Below are positions 23,310 to 34,400 of a stretch of DNA of 64,000 bases, piece after piece. A program made the translations under genes and the position numbers. The stretch spans positions 605 through 64,604 of the forward strand of contig DASYRX010000159.1 of assembly GCA_036003845.1 (NCBI GenBank), read 5' to 3'. This stretch comes from Gemmatimonadaceae bacterium (GTDB taxonomy: Bacteria > Gemmatimonadota > Gemmatimonadetes > Gemmatimonadales > Gemmatimonadaceae). The stretch's first letter is position 1, and each line of letters starts with the position of its first letter. The notes beneath the pieces were generated by a model that was not told the origin of the DNA, did no database searches, and saw nothing but the letters and a program-made list of their open reading frames with translations.

Positions 23310-25144
23310 CCCCGCGCGACAAGAAAAACGCGTCGCACGAGATCGTGCCGGGTAACGGCGCGCTCGTGGCACGGCACCGTATGCTCTCGGGTGGCGTTCG
23401 CGCCGTTCCGGGCGCGATGGTCACGCCCGGCGGTGGTCACGTGGTCCCGCCTTCAGCGGGTCGATGGTTCGGCGCGTTGAGGCACCTGCTCTGGCCGAAG
23501 TGGCTTACGGTGCGCGCTCGCGCGCGCGTTCCCGATCGCGGCCGCACTGGCCGAATCGTGCTGCTCGCCGTGCTCGGCCTCGGTTTCTGGGGACTCGTGT
23601 TCGGGGTACTGGCGCGAGTGCTTCGCTACTTCCACTCGGTGGAGGAGATCGGAGCGCTCCTCGCGGGGAAGTTGTTAGGCGTGCTGTTGCTCAGCTTCCT
23701 GGGCATGCTCATGCTGTCGAGCGTCATCACCGCGCTTTCGAGCTTCTTCCTGGCGCGCGACCTCGACTTGCTCGTCTCAGGACCCGTCGATTGGCTGACG
23801 CTGTATATCGCGAAGTTGTTGGAAACCGCACTGCACTCGAGCTGGATGGTTGCGCTCCTCGCGCTACCGATCGTCACGGCTTACGGCGTGGTGTACGACG
23901 GCGGGTGGCTGTATCCGCTCGTCGCCCTCGCCGGCTTCATTCCATTTGTGCTCATACCGGCAGCGATCGGCAGTGCGCTGACGTTGCTGCTGGTGAACGT
24001 ATTTCCGGCGCGACGCACGCGGGACATCCTCGGATTCATCGCGTTGTTCGCCGCGGCTGGAGTCGTCGTGCTGGTGAGGCTGATGCGGCCGGAGCAGCTG
24101 GCGCGGCCGGAAGGATTTCGATCGCTCGTCGAATTCATCACGGTGTTGCGCGGTCCGACATCGCCGATGCTGCCGAACGAGTGGCTGCAGCGAACGATCA
24201 TGGGTTGGCTCACCGGTGATTTCGATCCGCTGTCGCTGTATTTGCTGTGGTCAACGGCAGCCGTGTTGATCGTCGCCGGTGCCGCGCTGCACCGTGCGCG
24301 TTATTCGGTCGGATTCACCAAAGCGCAGGAGAGCGCGCAGCGTTGGGCTCGTGAGGGCCTCGCGGCGCGCGTCTTTACTGCGCTGCTCAAGCCGTTAGGC
24401 ATCGTCCGGCGCGAGCTCGTGCTCAAGGAAGTTCGGCTGTTTTTCCGCGATACGACACAGTGGTCACAGCTCATTCTGCTGGCCGTGCTCGTTGTCGTGT
24501 ACATCCTCAACATCCGACTGCTGCCGCTCACCGGCGACGGCGTCACGTTGTTCATCCGGAACTTGATCCCGTTTCTCAATCTCGCGCTCGCGGGATTCGT
24601 GCTGGCGTCGATCGCGGCGCGCTTCTTGTTCCCCGGCGTGAGCCTCGAGGGACGCACCTGGTGGCTGCTCCGCGCGAGTCCGCTCCCGATGCGCGATGTC
24701 CTCTGGGCGAAATTCTGGATGGGAACGTTGCCGCTACTCATTCTGGCCGTAGGAATCATCGGCGTAACGAATACGCTGTTGCGCGTGGATCCTTTCATGT
24801 TTGCTGTCTCCGTCATGACGATCACGTTCATGACTTTCGCGCTCGCTTCACTCGCTGTCGCGTTTGGCGCGCTGTATCCGCGCTTCGAGACGGAGAATGC
24901 TGCCCAGATTCCAACGTCGTTTGGCGGACTCATATACATGATGGCGGCTGTTGCGCTGATCGCCGGAATCATCATGTTCGAGGCACGGCCTGTGTACGCG
25001 TATTTGCGCGCGCGCACATTCAACGAACCGATCGCCTCCAGCGACTTGGTGTTGGGCTTCGCGGCGGCCGGTACGCTCTGCCTTGTAGCGATCTTCGCGC
25101 CGCTCGCCTACGCGCGACGGCGTCTCGAAGCCATCGAGCGCTAG
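23306..25144 (+). CDS. Polytopic membrane protein, putative ABC exporter permease
   Basis: ORF track. At least 10 hydrophobic segments. ATGA overlap with the ATPase gene. Confidence 0.65.
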   Translation: MTPRDKKNASHEIVPGNGALVARHRMLSGGVRAVPGAMVTPGGGHVVPPSAGRWFGALRHLLWPKWLTVRARARVPDRGRTGRIVLLAVLGLGFWGLVFGVLARVLRYFHSVEEIGALLAGKLLGVLLLSFLGMLMLSSVITALSSFFLARDLDLLVSGPVDWLTLYIAKLLETALHSSWMVALLALPIVTAYGVVYDGGWLYPLVALAGFIPFVLIPAAIGSALTLLLVNVFPARRTRDILGFIALFAAAGVVVLVRLMRPEQLARPEGFRSLVEFITVLRGPTSPMLPNEWLQRTIMGWLTGDFDPLSLYLLWSTAAVLIVAGAALHRARYSVGFTKAQESAQRWAREGLAARVFTALLKPLGIVRRELVLKEVRLFFRDTTQWSQLILLAVLVVVYILNIRLLPLTGDGVTLFIRNLIPFLNLALAGFVLASIAARFLFPGVSLEGRTWWLLRASPLPMRDVLWAKFWMGTLPLLILAVGIIGVTNTLLRVDPFMFAVSVMTITFMTFALASLAVAFGALYPRFETENAAQIPTSFGGLIYMMAAVALIAGIIMFEARPVYAYLRARTFNEPIASSDLVLGFAAAGTLCLVAIFAPLAYARRRLEAIER

Positions 25145-25204
25145 CCCCGTTCCACCCTCCTCCACGTTAGGCTGCGGGCTGTCGTGGCCCCGGCTGGAAC
25201 GGGG

Positions 25205-26329
25205 CTAGGCGCGCCGTTTGGACGCGCTGATCCAGAGCGCGAAGCCAATTCCAATCAGCAGCAAATAGGCGGCGCTGAGGCCTGACTTGAACGGGCGAAA
25301 GCCGACGCGCAGCTCGGCCGCGTCGCCAGGAAGTGTCCGCGCGAGCCTAACGGCTACCTCCTGCGCGAGACCGTGTCTTCGGCCAGGTACGACCACCGGC
25401 TCGGCGATCTCTTCGCCTCGGCTATCGACGGACTGGCGCCGCTCAGTGACGAGAATCGTCGGTTCGCCGTTGTCGCGCGTCGCTTCGATTGTGACCGCCG
25501 TTATTTCGCGGTTCTCCGCACGGAAAGCCGACACGCCTTGCTGCGCCAGCGTCCATTCGCGCCCGAACGCGTCAGGCAACGTCGTGGATTCCCCCTGCCC
25601 TAACGAGACCGTGTATTGTCGTTCCCATCGCGCAGCGAACAAGGCCAGCGCGGCGAACATCGCAACCAGAAGTGTCGCCGTCGTGAGTGCGAATACGCCG
25701 CGCCGGCTTGACGGCCACCACTGATGTCGCAGCGGCGGCAGCGGTAGCACCAGCGTCGTAAGCAACAGGCCAATGACCTGAAGCGATTGCGGTTGGCCTA
25801 ACAGCAGCGCTGCCATCAGGCAGAGCCACGCCGCGAGAACCCAGCGGCTCAGCAGCGGGCGAAGAGCAATGTCTAGCGACAGCGGGGCCGGCACGAGGAT
25901 CAGCGCGTATCCGAGCAAGCGGAGTGGCTGCTGCGTGAACAAGAGCGGGTTTTGCAGCCGAGGAGCGAGGCCGCTTCCCTCCGTTAGCTGCCACGGCAGG
26001 CGCGAGAACGGGGGAGCACCTAACGCGGACCACGCGAGCGCCGCGAACACGACGAGCGCCAGTGCCGCCAGGCTCCACGCGCGCGGTGCGCGCTTGCCTG
26101 GACCAACCGCGGCGGTGGCACAGGCGGACAACAGCAACCCAAAGGCGAGACGACGCCCGGCGGCTCCCGCGAACAACGCTCCGGCCTTGTACAGCGTGGG
26201 CAGATTCGTGGTCGTATGCTGCGCGACGTATTTGAGCGACAGCTCGCTGCGCACCAAAGCGAGCGCGAGGCCTAACGTGGCGACGGTGGTGAGGCCGCAA
26301 ATCCACGGGAATGTCCGCGCCGCCGCCAC
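25205..26329 (-). CDS. Polytopic membrane protein with a C-terminal soluble domain (function unknown; start uncertain)
   Basis: ORF track. The in-frame upstream sequence (TTFAELALYAALFVALFAVIGSAIG) looks like another TM helix, but no ATG/GTG/TTG precedes it. Confidence 0.5.
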   Translation of the reverse strand: MAAARTFPWICGLTTVATLGLALALVRSELSLKYVAQHTTTNLPTLYKAGALFAGAAGRRLAFGLLLSACATAAVGPGKRAPRAWSLAALALVVFAALAWSALGAPPFSRLPWQLTEGSGLAPRLQNPLLFTQQPLRLLGYALILVPAPLSLDIALRPLLSRWVLAAWLCLMAALLLGQPQSLQVIGLLLTTLVLPLPPLRHQWWPSSRRGVFALTTATLLVAMFAALALFAARWERQYTVSLGQGESTTLPDAFGREWTLAQQGVSAFRAENREITAVTIEATRDNGEPTILVTERRQSVDSRGEEIAEPVVVPGRRHGLAQEVAVRLARTLPGDAAELRVGFRPFKSGLSAAYLLLIGIGFALWISASKRRA

Positions 26330-26430
26330 GGCCAGCGCCTCATTCTGTCGATATGCGCCTATTGCACTCCCGATGACCGCGAACAGAGCGACGAAGAGCG
26401 CCGCATACAGCGCCAGTTCGGCGAATGTCG

Positions 26431-26631
26431 TCAGGCGCCCTCTTTGCGAAGCGCGGCGCCGCGCACCTGCTCCATAATGCGGTCCAGATCGCGCTCGACC
26501 CGTTCACGCTCGTCGCTCGGCCAGGGACCTTCGTGCGCCTGGAGCTCGCGGATCTGCTGCATCATCTCGTTGATGAGAAGGCGCAGCAGCGCATTTTTTC
26601 GACGCTCGGGAAAGGCCGTCTCTTCGGACAT
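26431..26631 (-). CDS. Small hypothetical protein (66 aa)
   Basis: ORF track. Balanced, helix-like composition (LLRLLINEMMQQIRELQAHEGPWPSDERERVERDLDRIMEQV). Confidence 0.4.
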   Translation of the reverse strand: MSEETAFPERRKNALLRLLINEMMQQIRELQAHEGPWPSDERERVERDLDRIMEQVRGAALRKEGA

Positions 26632-26685
26632 GGCGTCAATATTATGCGTTAGGGGCGAAAACGCAGCGCCTTTTTTGGAGCGCAG

Positions 26686-27732
26686 TCAGGAGGCGCTGTC
26701 GCGGAAGTCGTACGGCGGATGGTGCACGGCGCGATCCGTCACGATCGCCGTGATCAACTCGGCGGGGGTCACGTCGAACGCCGGATTGAGCGCGGCCACG
26801 CCTAACGGGGCGGACGGTGCACCCAGAAACGCGCGGACTTCGTTAGGATCGCGTGTCTCGATCGGAATGTCGGCGCCCGAAGCGGTGTTGGGGTCGAGCG
26901 TCGAAGTGGGCGCCGCGACGTAGAACGGGAGGCCGTGGTGTCGAGCGAGCACGGCCAGCCCGTACGTCCCGATCTTGTTGGCGACGTCGCCATTGGCAGC
27001 GATGCGGTCCGCACCGACGATCACCAGGTCGATCTTCCCCGTGCGCATGAGCGAAGCGATCGCGCCTTCCGTTGCCACGGTGACTGGAATCCCGGCGCGT
27101 TCGAGCTCCCAGGCCGTGAGCCGGCTTCCCTGAAGCAGCGGCCGAGTTTCGCTGGCGATCACCTGGATGTGGCGTCCGATTTCGTGCGCCAGATAAATCG
27201 GGGCGAGCGCCGTCCCAATTCCTGTTGTTGCCAGCGCGCCCGCGTTGCAGTGTGTGAGCACTCGCGCACCATCGACGAGCAGCGGCAATGCGTGCTCGCC
27301 GATGCGACGGCACATCGCCATGTCATCCGCATGGAGCGCATCGGCTGTACGGCGCAAGGCCATGGCAACGCCTAACGCTTCACCTTGCGTGCTGCGCGCG
27401 CGCTCGAGCATGCGATCGATCGCCCAGCCCAGGTTCACGGCGGTCGGTCGAGTGGCTCGGAGCCGCTTGGCCACCATGGTAAGCTCACGGTCGAAGACGT
27501 CGCGTGGAAGCTCGACGCGCCGTTGCATCACGCAGGCGATTGCCATCGCGGCGAAGACGCCGATCGCGGGCGCGCCGCGTACAGCGAGCGTCCGGATGGC
27601 GCCGCAGAGCTCGTCCAACGTGGCGATATCACGTTCGATCAGGCGGTCGGGCAGCTCACGCTGATCGATGATACGAACAGAGTGACCGTCCAAAGACCAT
27701 CGAACGGACGTAACTGGAGTAGTCTCGGGCAA
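26686..27732 (-). CDS. mtnA: S-methyl-5-thioribose-1-phosphate isomerase (eIF-2B alpha/beta/delta-like)
   Basis: ORF track: IRTLAVRGAPAIGV, THCNAGALAT, VGADRIAANGDVANKIGTY. Confidence 0.85.
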   Translation of the reverse strand: MPETTPVTSVRWSLDGHSVRIIDQRELPDRLIERDIATLDELCGAIRTLAVRGAPAIGVFAAMAIACVMQRRVELPRDVFDRELTMVAKRLRATRPTAVNLGWAIDRMLERARSTQGEALGVAMALRRTADALHADDMAMCRRIGEHALPLLVDGARVLTHCNAGALATTGIGTALAPIYLAHEIGRHIQVIASETRPLLQGSRLTAWELERAGIPVTVATEGAIASLMRTGKIDLVIVGADRIAANGDVANKIGTYGLAVLARHHGLPFYVAAPTSTLDPNTASGADIPIETRDPNEVRAFLGAPSAPLGVAALNPAFDVTPAELITAIVTDRAVHHPPYDFRDSAS

Positions 27733-27740
27733 GCGTACGG

Positions 27741-27800
27741 GGCTAACTGTTCAGCTAAAGCTCTCGGCTGACAGCTAACGGTGTTTAGCTATCAGTTGAA
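27741..27800. repeat. Intergenic CTAAAGCT...GCTGACAGC-family element (copy 2, degenerate)
   Basis: ggctaactgttcagctaaagctctcggctgacagctaacggtgtttagctatcag, between divergent mtnA and the enoyl-CoA hydratase gene. Confidence 0.45.
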
Positions 27801-27874
27801 AACCCAAAGCCAAGTATTCAAAGCTTTCATCGCAAAATACATTGAACCAGCCTCCCTCGACCCGGCTCGACTCG

Positions 27875-28654
27875 ATGACCTATTCCTCGCTCACTTTCGC
27901 TGTCGCGGATCGCGTGGCGACAATCACTGTCAATCGCCCCGACAAGCTCAATGCGCTGAACGCGGCGACGCTCACGGAGCTGGACCGCGCGATCGATGAG
28001 GCGCGCGACCGCTCCGACGTCGGGGGCGTGATTCTGACTGGTGCGGGACGCGCGTTCGTCGCCGGCGCCGACATCAGCGAGCTGTCGCGTCTCACGCCGC
28101 TGCAGGCGAAACAGAGTGGTCTCCGGGGTCAGGGAGTGTTTCGCAAGTTCGAGGTGTCGCCCAAGCCCGTGATTGCGGCCATCAACGGCTTCGCGTTAGG
28201 CGGGGGCTGCGAGCTGGCCATGTCGTGCCACGTACGCATCGCGGCGGAAGCGGCAAAGTTCGGACAGCCGGAAGTGAAGTTAGGCATCTGCTGCGGATAT
28301 GGCGGGTCGCAGCGTCTTCCGCGCCTCGTGGGTCGCGGACGGGCGTTGCAGTTATTGCTCACGGGCGAAACGATCGACGCGCAGGAAGCCTATCGCATCG
28401 GGCTCGTGAACAAGGTTGTCCTCAACGATGAACTGATTCCCGCAGCGAATGCGATGCTGCGGCAGATGCTCGCGAACGCGCCGCTCGCGCTCGCCTACTC
28501 CATTGAGGCTGTCGACCGCGGACTCGACGTGCCCCTGCAGGACGGACTGAACCTCGAGGCCAACCTGTTCGGTCTTCTCTTCGGAACCAGCGACGCCGGC
28601 GAAGGGACGCGCGCGTTCGTGGAGAAGCGCGCTGCTCAGTTCACCGGCGTGTAG
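27875..28654 (+). CDS. Enoyl-CoA hydratase/isomerase family protein (ATG at 27875 preferred over the TTG at 27842)
   Basis: ORF track: ITVNRPDKLNALN, GAGRAFVAGADI, INGFALGGGCELAMSC. Confidence 0.9.
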   Translation: MTYSSLTFAVADRVATITVNRPDKLNALNAATLTELDRAIDEARDRSDVGGVILTGAGRAFVAGADISELSRLTPLQAKQSGLRGQGVFRKFEVSPKPVIAAINGFALGGGCELAMSCHVRIAAEAAKFGQPEVKLGICCGYGGSQRLPRLVGRGRALQLLLTGETIDAQEAYRIGLVNKVVLNDELIPAANAMLRQMLANAPLALAYSIEAVDRGLDVPLQDGLNLEANLFGLLFGTSDAGEGTRAFVEKRAAQFTGV

Positions 28655-28662
28655 CCGACGCG

Positions 28663-29886
28663 ATGGACGCGGCCGTGGCAGATCGAGTCGTAACGCGGGA
28701 GGCGCGGGACGTTACGCTGCTCTCGTTAGGTGCTCGCCAGTTTCGCAATCTGGCGCACATCGAGCTGGAGCTGCCGCCGCAGGGTGTTGCGATCGTCGGC
28801 GATAACGGCCACGGCAAGACGAACCTGCTCGAAGCGATCGCGTACTTCGCCGTCATGCGCTCGGTGCGCGGTGTGCGCGATCGCGATCTCCTGCGCTTCG
28901 GTGAGAAGGCCTTTTCAGTAAGCGCTGTGGCCGAAGGCGGCGCGACGACGCTGGGCGCCGGCGAGGTGCGCATCACCGTCGGATTCGAGAGTGGTGCTGG
29001 TACATCGCGTAAGCAGGTGAGCGTCGACGGCGTGCACGTGCCGCGACTGGCCGATGTATTCGGGGCGATTCCGTCTGTCGTCATCGCGCCGCGAGACGTC
29101 GCGCTCGTGGCCGGCGCGCCAGGCGAACGACGTCGCTATCTCGACGTGCTGCTCGCTATGACCGACCGGCGCTATCTCACGGCTCTGCAGCGTTACCGCG
29201 CGGCGCTGGTTAGGCGCAACGCGACGCTGCGTCGGGCTGCCGTTCGTTCGGACACACGACGCGACGCGGGCGACGAGATCGCCGTCTGGGACGGCGCCCT
29301 GGCCGAAGCCGGCGCAACGATTCGCGCCGCGCGGGCCGAGTGGCTGCACGCCAACGCGGCTCGTATTACGGCGTTCTGTGCAGCGATCGGTGAACGTGAG
29401 CGCGTGAGCGTGCGCTATGCGGCGCGGCCTGAAATCCCCGCGGAGGCGGAGGGCCCAGGGCACGAAGCCATCTTGCGTGAACAACTCACGCACGCGCTGG
29501 CAGACGACCGCTCGCGCGACATCCGGCGGCAGTTGACGCACGCCGGTCCGCATCGGGATGACCTGGCTATATCGTTAGGTGGCCATGCGCTCCGGCTCGT
29601 GGGGTCGGCCGGGCAGCAGCGCACCGTCGCCATCGCCCTGCGCCTCGCCGCGCGCGAGACGATCCGCGATGCGATCGGACGCCTGCCGATCATGCTGCTG
29701 GACGACCCTTTCGCCGAGCTAGATGCGACCCGTACGTCGCGCATTCTGGACTTGTTGCGCGGAACGATCGGCGAGGGACATGGTCTCGGGCAGTGCGTCA
29801 TCGCGATCCCGCGCGTCGCCGAGCTGCCGGGCGAGCTGGCACCGCTGCGCCGCCTAACGATTCGCGATGGCGTGCTGAGCGAATGA
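28663..29886 (+). CDS. recF: DNA replication/repair protein RecF
   Basis: ORF track: FRNLAHIELELPPQGVAIVGDNGHGKTNLLEAI, LLDDPFAELD. recF-DUF721-gyrB order. Confidence 0.9.
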   Translation: MDAAVADRVVTREARDVTLLSLGARQFRNLAHIELELPPQGVAIVGDNGHGKTNLLEAIAYFAVMRSVRGVRDRDLLRFGEKAFSVSAVAEGGATTLGAGEVRITVGFESGAGTSRKQVSVDGVHVPRLADVFGAIPSVVIAPRDVALVAGAPGERRRYLDVLLAMTDRRYLTALQRYRAALVRRNATLRRAAVRSDTRRDAGDEIAVWDGALAEAGATIRAARAEWLHANAARITAFCAAIGERERVSVRYAARPEIPAEAEGPGHEAILREQLTHALADDRSRDIRRQLTHAGPHRDDLAISLGGHALRLVGSAGQQRTVAIALRLAARETIRDAIGRLPIMLLDDPFAELDATRTSRILDLLRGTIGEGHGLGQCVIAIPRVAELPGELAPLRRLTIRDGVLSE

Positions 29887-30191
29887 CGAAGCGCGACAAA
29901 AAGCCGGAGCGCGTGCATGAAGTGCTGGATCGCGTGCTGGAACAAAGAGGTTTCGCCGGGCGCCTCCAGCAGAGCCGCGTCGTCGAGGAGTGGGCGCAGC
30001 TCGTCGGCGATCACATCGCAAAGGTCACGCGCGCCGAAGTGGTGGGTCCGAACGGCGTCCTCATCGTGAGCGTGAAGACAAACGCGTGGATGTCCGAGCT
30101 GGCTCTTTTGGAGCCTGAAATCCTCGCCACGGTCAACCGCGCGACGCCGGCTCATCCGATCGAGAAGATCCGCTGGCAACTCATGCGCTAA
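29883..30191 (+). CDS. DUF721 (recF/gyrB-linked) protein
   Basis: The ATG at 29883 overlaps the recF stop (ATGA). MTKRDKKPERVHEVLDRVLEQRGF...VKTNAWMSELALLEPEIL matches the family pattern and its usual position. Confidence 0.75.
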   Translation: MTKRDKKPERVHEVLDRVLEQRGFAGRLQQSRVVEEWAQLVGDHIAKVTRAEVVGPNGVLIVSVKTNAWMSELALLEPEILATVNRATPAHPIEKIRWQLMR

Positions 30192-30316
30192 GCCAAAGCT
30201 GAACAATCGGTTAGGCTGTAACCGATGGGTTGATTTCGGACCTTGCGCTCGCTTAGGTTTCTGCGACGCCTGGGCCGCACGTTTCGGCCTTCTTTCGGAG
30301 CCCTCAGAATCACTCT

Positions 30317-30344
30317 GACCTCCGACCTCAGACCTCCGACCTAG
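30317..30344. repeat. Tandem heptad array (GACCTCN)x4 ending 3 nt before the gyrB ATG
   Basis: gacctcc gacctca gacctcc gacctag. No purine-rich Shine-Dalgarno is present between the array and the start codon. Confidence 0.8.
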
Positions 30345-32297
<1,953 letters not shown>

Positions 32298-32391
32298 ACC
32301 GGCCGGCGTTAGGGTCGGTGGCCTCCCGGCACGCTGCGTATCCGGAGTCGCTTGTACTTCACGTACGCGACCAAATCGATCTGAACGAGCC

Positions 32392-32652
32392 CTACTGTCG
32401 CGCTGGTTCTTTCGCGTAACGAAACAGCTGCAGCGCGAACACGACGTGTGCCGCGATGACGGCGGCGCAGATCATCCCAACGATGATGGCGCTCAGGACA
32501 AAGTGCGTGTTGTCGATGCCGCCACCCCGTACGGGACGCGCCACATAGACCGTCAACAGCCAGAGCGCCAGCGTGCCCGCGCTCACACCCAGCGCACCTA
32601 ACGCGGCCAGTTTAGCGTACGGCTTGATGTCAAAGTCGAGAGGTAGGTTCAT
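32392..32652 (-). CDS. Small membrane protein (86 aa, 2-3 TM), hypothetical
   Basis: ORF track; hydrophobic segments only. Confidence 0.4.
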   Translation of the reverse strand: MNLPLDFDIKPYAKLAALGALGVSAGTLALWLLTVYVARPVRGGGIDNTHFVLSAIIVGMICAAVIAAHVVFALQLFRYAKEPARQ

Positions 32653-32754
32653 TGTGGCACTATCGGTTCGCTGCTCGCAGCGCGCAAGCCCTTCGGCCGG
32701 CGTGCCTCGCCTCGGCTCCGGGTAACGTACAGCGCCGACTCCGCCGGACTAATG

Positions 32755-33537
32755 TCACTGCTTGAATCGCTCGACATGCTCGACTCGCCACGGCAGAAAG
32801 CCCGTGATCTTTCTCGCGCGAACTCGAATGGTGTCGATCGCGCCACGATCGGAAACGCTAAAGTCGAGCGTCGACGTCCAGTTCACGCCAATGAGGCCCT
32901 GCGCGCGCGTGCGAAGCAACTCGACGTTCGCGTTAGGGCCGCTCTGTGCGACGACAGCGCGCGTGGCAGCATCGACTGGAAACATACTGAGCGACGCCGC
33001 AAGGAGGTTCGCCGCGAGAACAATGAATACGACGACGCCAGCGAGCAGCAGCCGTTTTGTTCGGCGCGCCATCGGCACGCGCACGCGCGACTGCGCGATG
33101 GACGCCAGCGCTCCACGCGCGCGATCGCTGTCTTCCAGCAGGAGCATCAGCTTGTGCCGATCGGCCCACAACAGGACGCCGAGTAGAAACGTGTACAGCA
33201 GCGCCATGTACTTCACGAACGGGTAGCCGTAGGCGAAGTCCATCGCGGTGATATTGAGCGAGACGGCAAAGAGCGCCGCGGCGCCGATCGTCGCCGTGCG
33301 TGGGATCATGAGAAGAATGGCCGGAATGAGCTCGAAGAGCCCCGTTAGGCGGCCGTAGAACTGAGAGTATCCGAAGAACGCCCACACGAGCGAGGTTCCA
33401 TCGGTCGTCTTCTTGTCGATGACCCAATCACCGTAGTTGTACTGGCCGCCCAGCACCTTGAGCACGCCGTACGTTGCGAAAATGAGCCCGAGGCCCATCC
33501 TGATGACCGTTAAGGCCCAGCGTGCGCGTGGACTCAC
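32755..33537 (-). CDS. DoxX-like membrane protein with a C-terminal extension
   Basis: ORF track: TVIRMGLGLIFATYGVLKVLG...GLFELIPAILLMIPRTATIGAAALF is DoxX-like. Confidence 0.55.
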   Translation of the reverse strand: MSPRARWALTVIRMGLGLIFATYGVLKVLGGQYNYGDWVIDKKTTDGTSLVWAFFGYSQFYGRLTGLFELIPAILLMIPRTATIGAAALFAVSLNITAMDFAYGYPFVKYMALLYTFLLGVLLWADRHKLMLLLEDSDRARGALASIAQSRVRVPMARRTKRLLLAGVVVFIVLAANLLAASLSMFPVDAATRAVVAQSGPNANVELLRTRAQGLIGVNWTSTLDFSVSDRGAIDTIRVRARKITGFLPWRVEHVERFKQ

Positions 33538-34400
33538 CGCTTTGGCGAGGTGGAATTGCTCGCCGTTTCAACCGGCGGCGTCGCTAGGCTCCCCACGGCC
33601 TTGGGAACAATGGCCACCGCACGCACCGGTCCACCCGACCCGCCTTCGAGCTTCATCGGCAGCGCGAAGAGATACGCGCCAGTCGCGGGGAGCTTCTCCA
33701 GGCCCGTTAGGTTCTCGAGGTTGAACACATTCTTCGCCGCTCCGATGCGGTGCACCTGAAAGTCAGCGGACGGCCCGTAATCCACCGACGGCGAGTCGAT
33801 CCCCAAGCCCCCGACGGTTCGCTCGTCGACGAGCACTCGCGCTGCTTCCGCGCCGAAGCCAGGAAAATGCAGGCTGTCGGCACGGCCCATGGTCGAATCG
33901 CCGAAGTACGCGAGACGATCGCCGTAGCGAGAGTCCCATCCTGTGCGCAGGAGCACGATGCTTCCGGCCGGAATGCGCCCGGACGCCGATTCGAACGTGG
34001 CGATATCGCCAGGCGTTAGGCGGTAATCGCGGTCTGCTTTGGCCTGCGCCGAGACGTCGATCACGACGGCCGGTGCGATCAGCGCCGCCAGCGGAATCTT
34101 GTCCGTCGAGAGGCCAGTCTCCGAGAAATGCACCGGCGCATCGATGTGCGTGCCACCGTGCTCCGGCGCGGAGAACGTATACGCGGAGTAGTACCATCCG
34201 CCGGGCGTCTTACCTGCCGACAGCTGCTTGAGCTCGAAGCCGCTCGGCGACGTCGGCCAGAAGAGCGTCTTTGTCGAGAGCGGGTGCGTGAGGTCCACGA
34301 GATCGACGCGGGCCAGGTCCAACGCCGGCGTGCGGATCGCCGTCGGGGCGCAGGCCGCGCCGGCGCACAGAGTCAAGCCTAACGCAACTCGTCGTCCCAT
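33534..34400 (-). CDS. Cyclase family protein (kynurenine-formamidase-like), secreted; start trimmed to MGRRVALG
   Basis: ORF 33534..34718. The real part carries VDLTHPL, APEHGGTHIDAPVHF and LLRTGW. The upstream 106 codons are Arg-rich junk overlapping deoA. Confidence 0.8.
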   Translation of the reverse strand: MGRRVALGLTLCAGAACAPTAIRTPALDLARVDLVDLTHPLSTKTLFWPTSPSGFELKQLSAGKTPGGWYYSAYTFSAPEHGGTHIDAPVHFSETGLSTDKIPLAALIAPAVVIDVSAQAKADRDYRLTPGDIATFESASGRIPAGSIVLLRTGWDSRYGDRLAYFGDSTMGRADSLHFPGFGAEAARVLVDERTVGGLGIDSPSVDYGPSADFQVHRIGAAKNVFNLENLTGLEKLPATGAYLFALPMKLEGGSGGPVRAVAIVPKAVGSLATPPVETASNSTSPKR

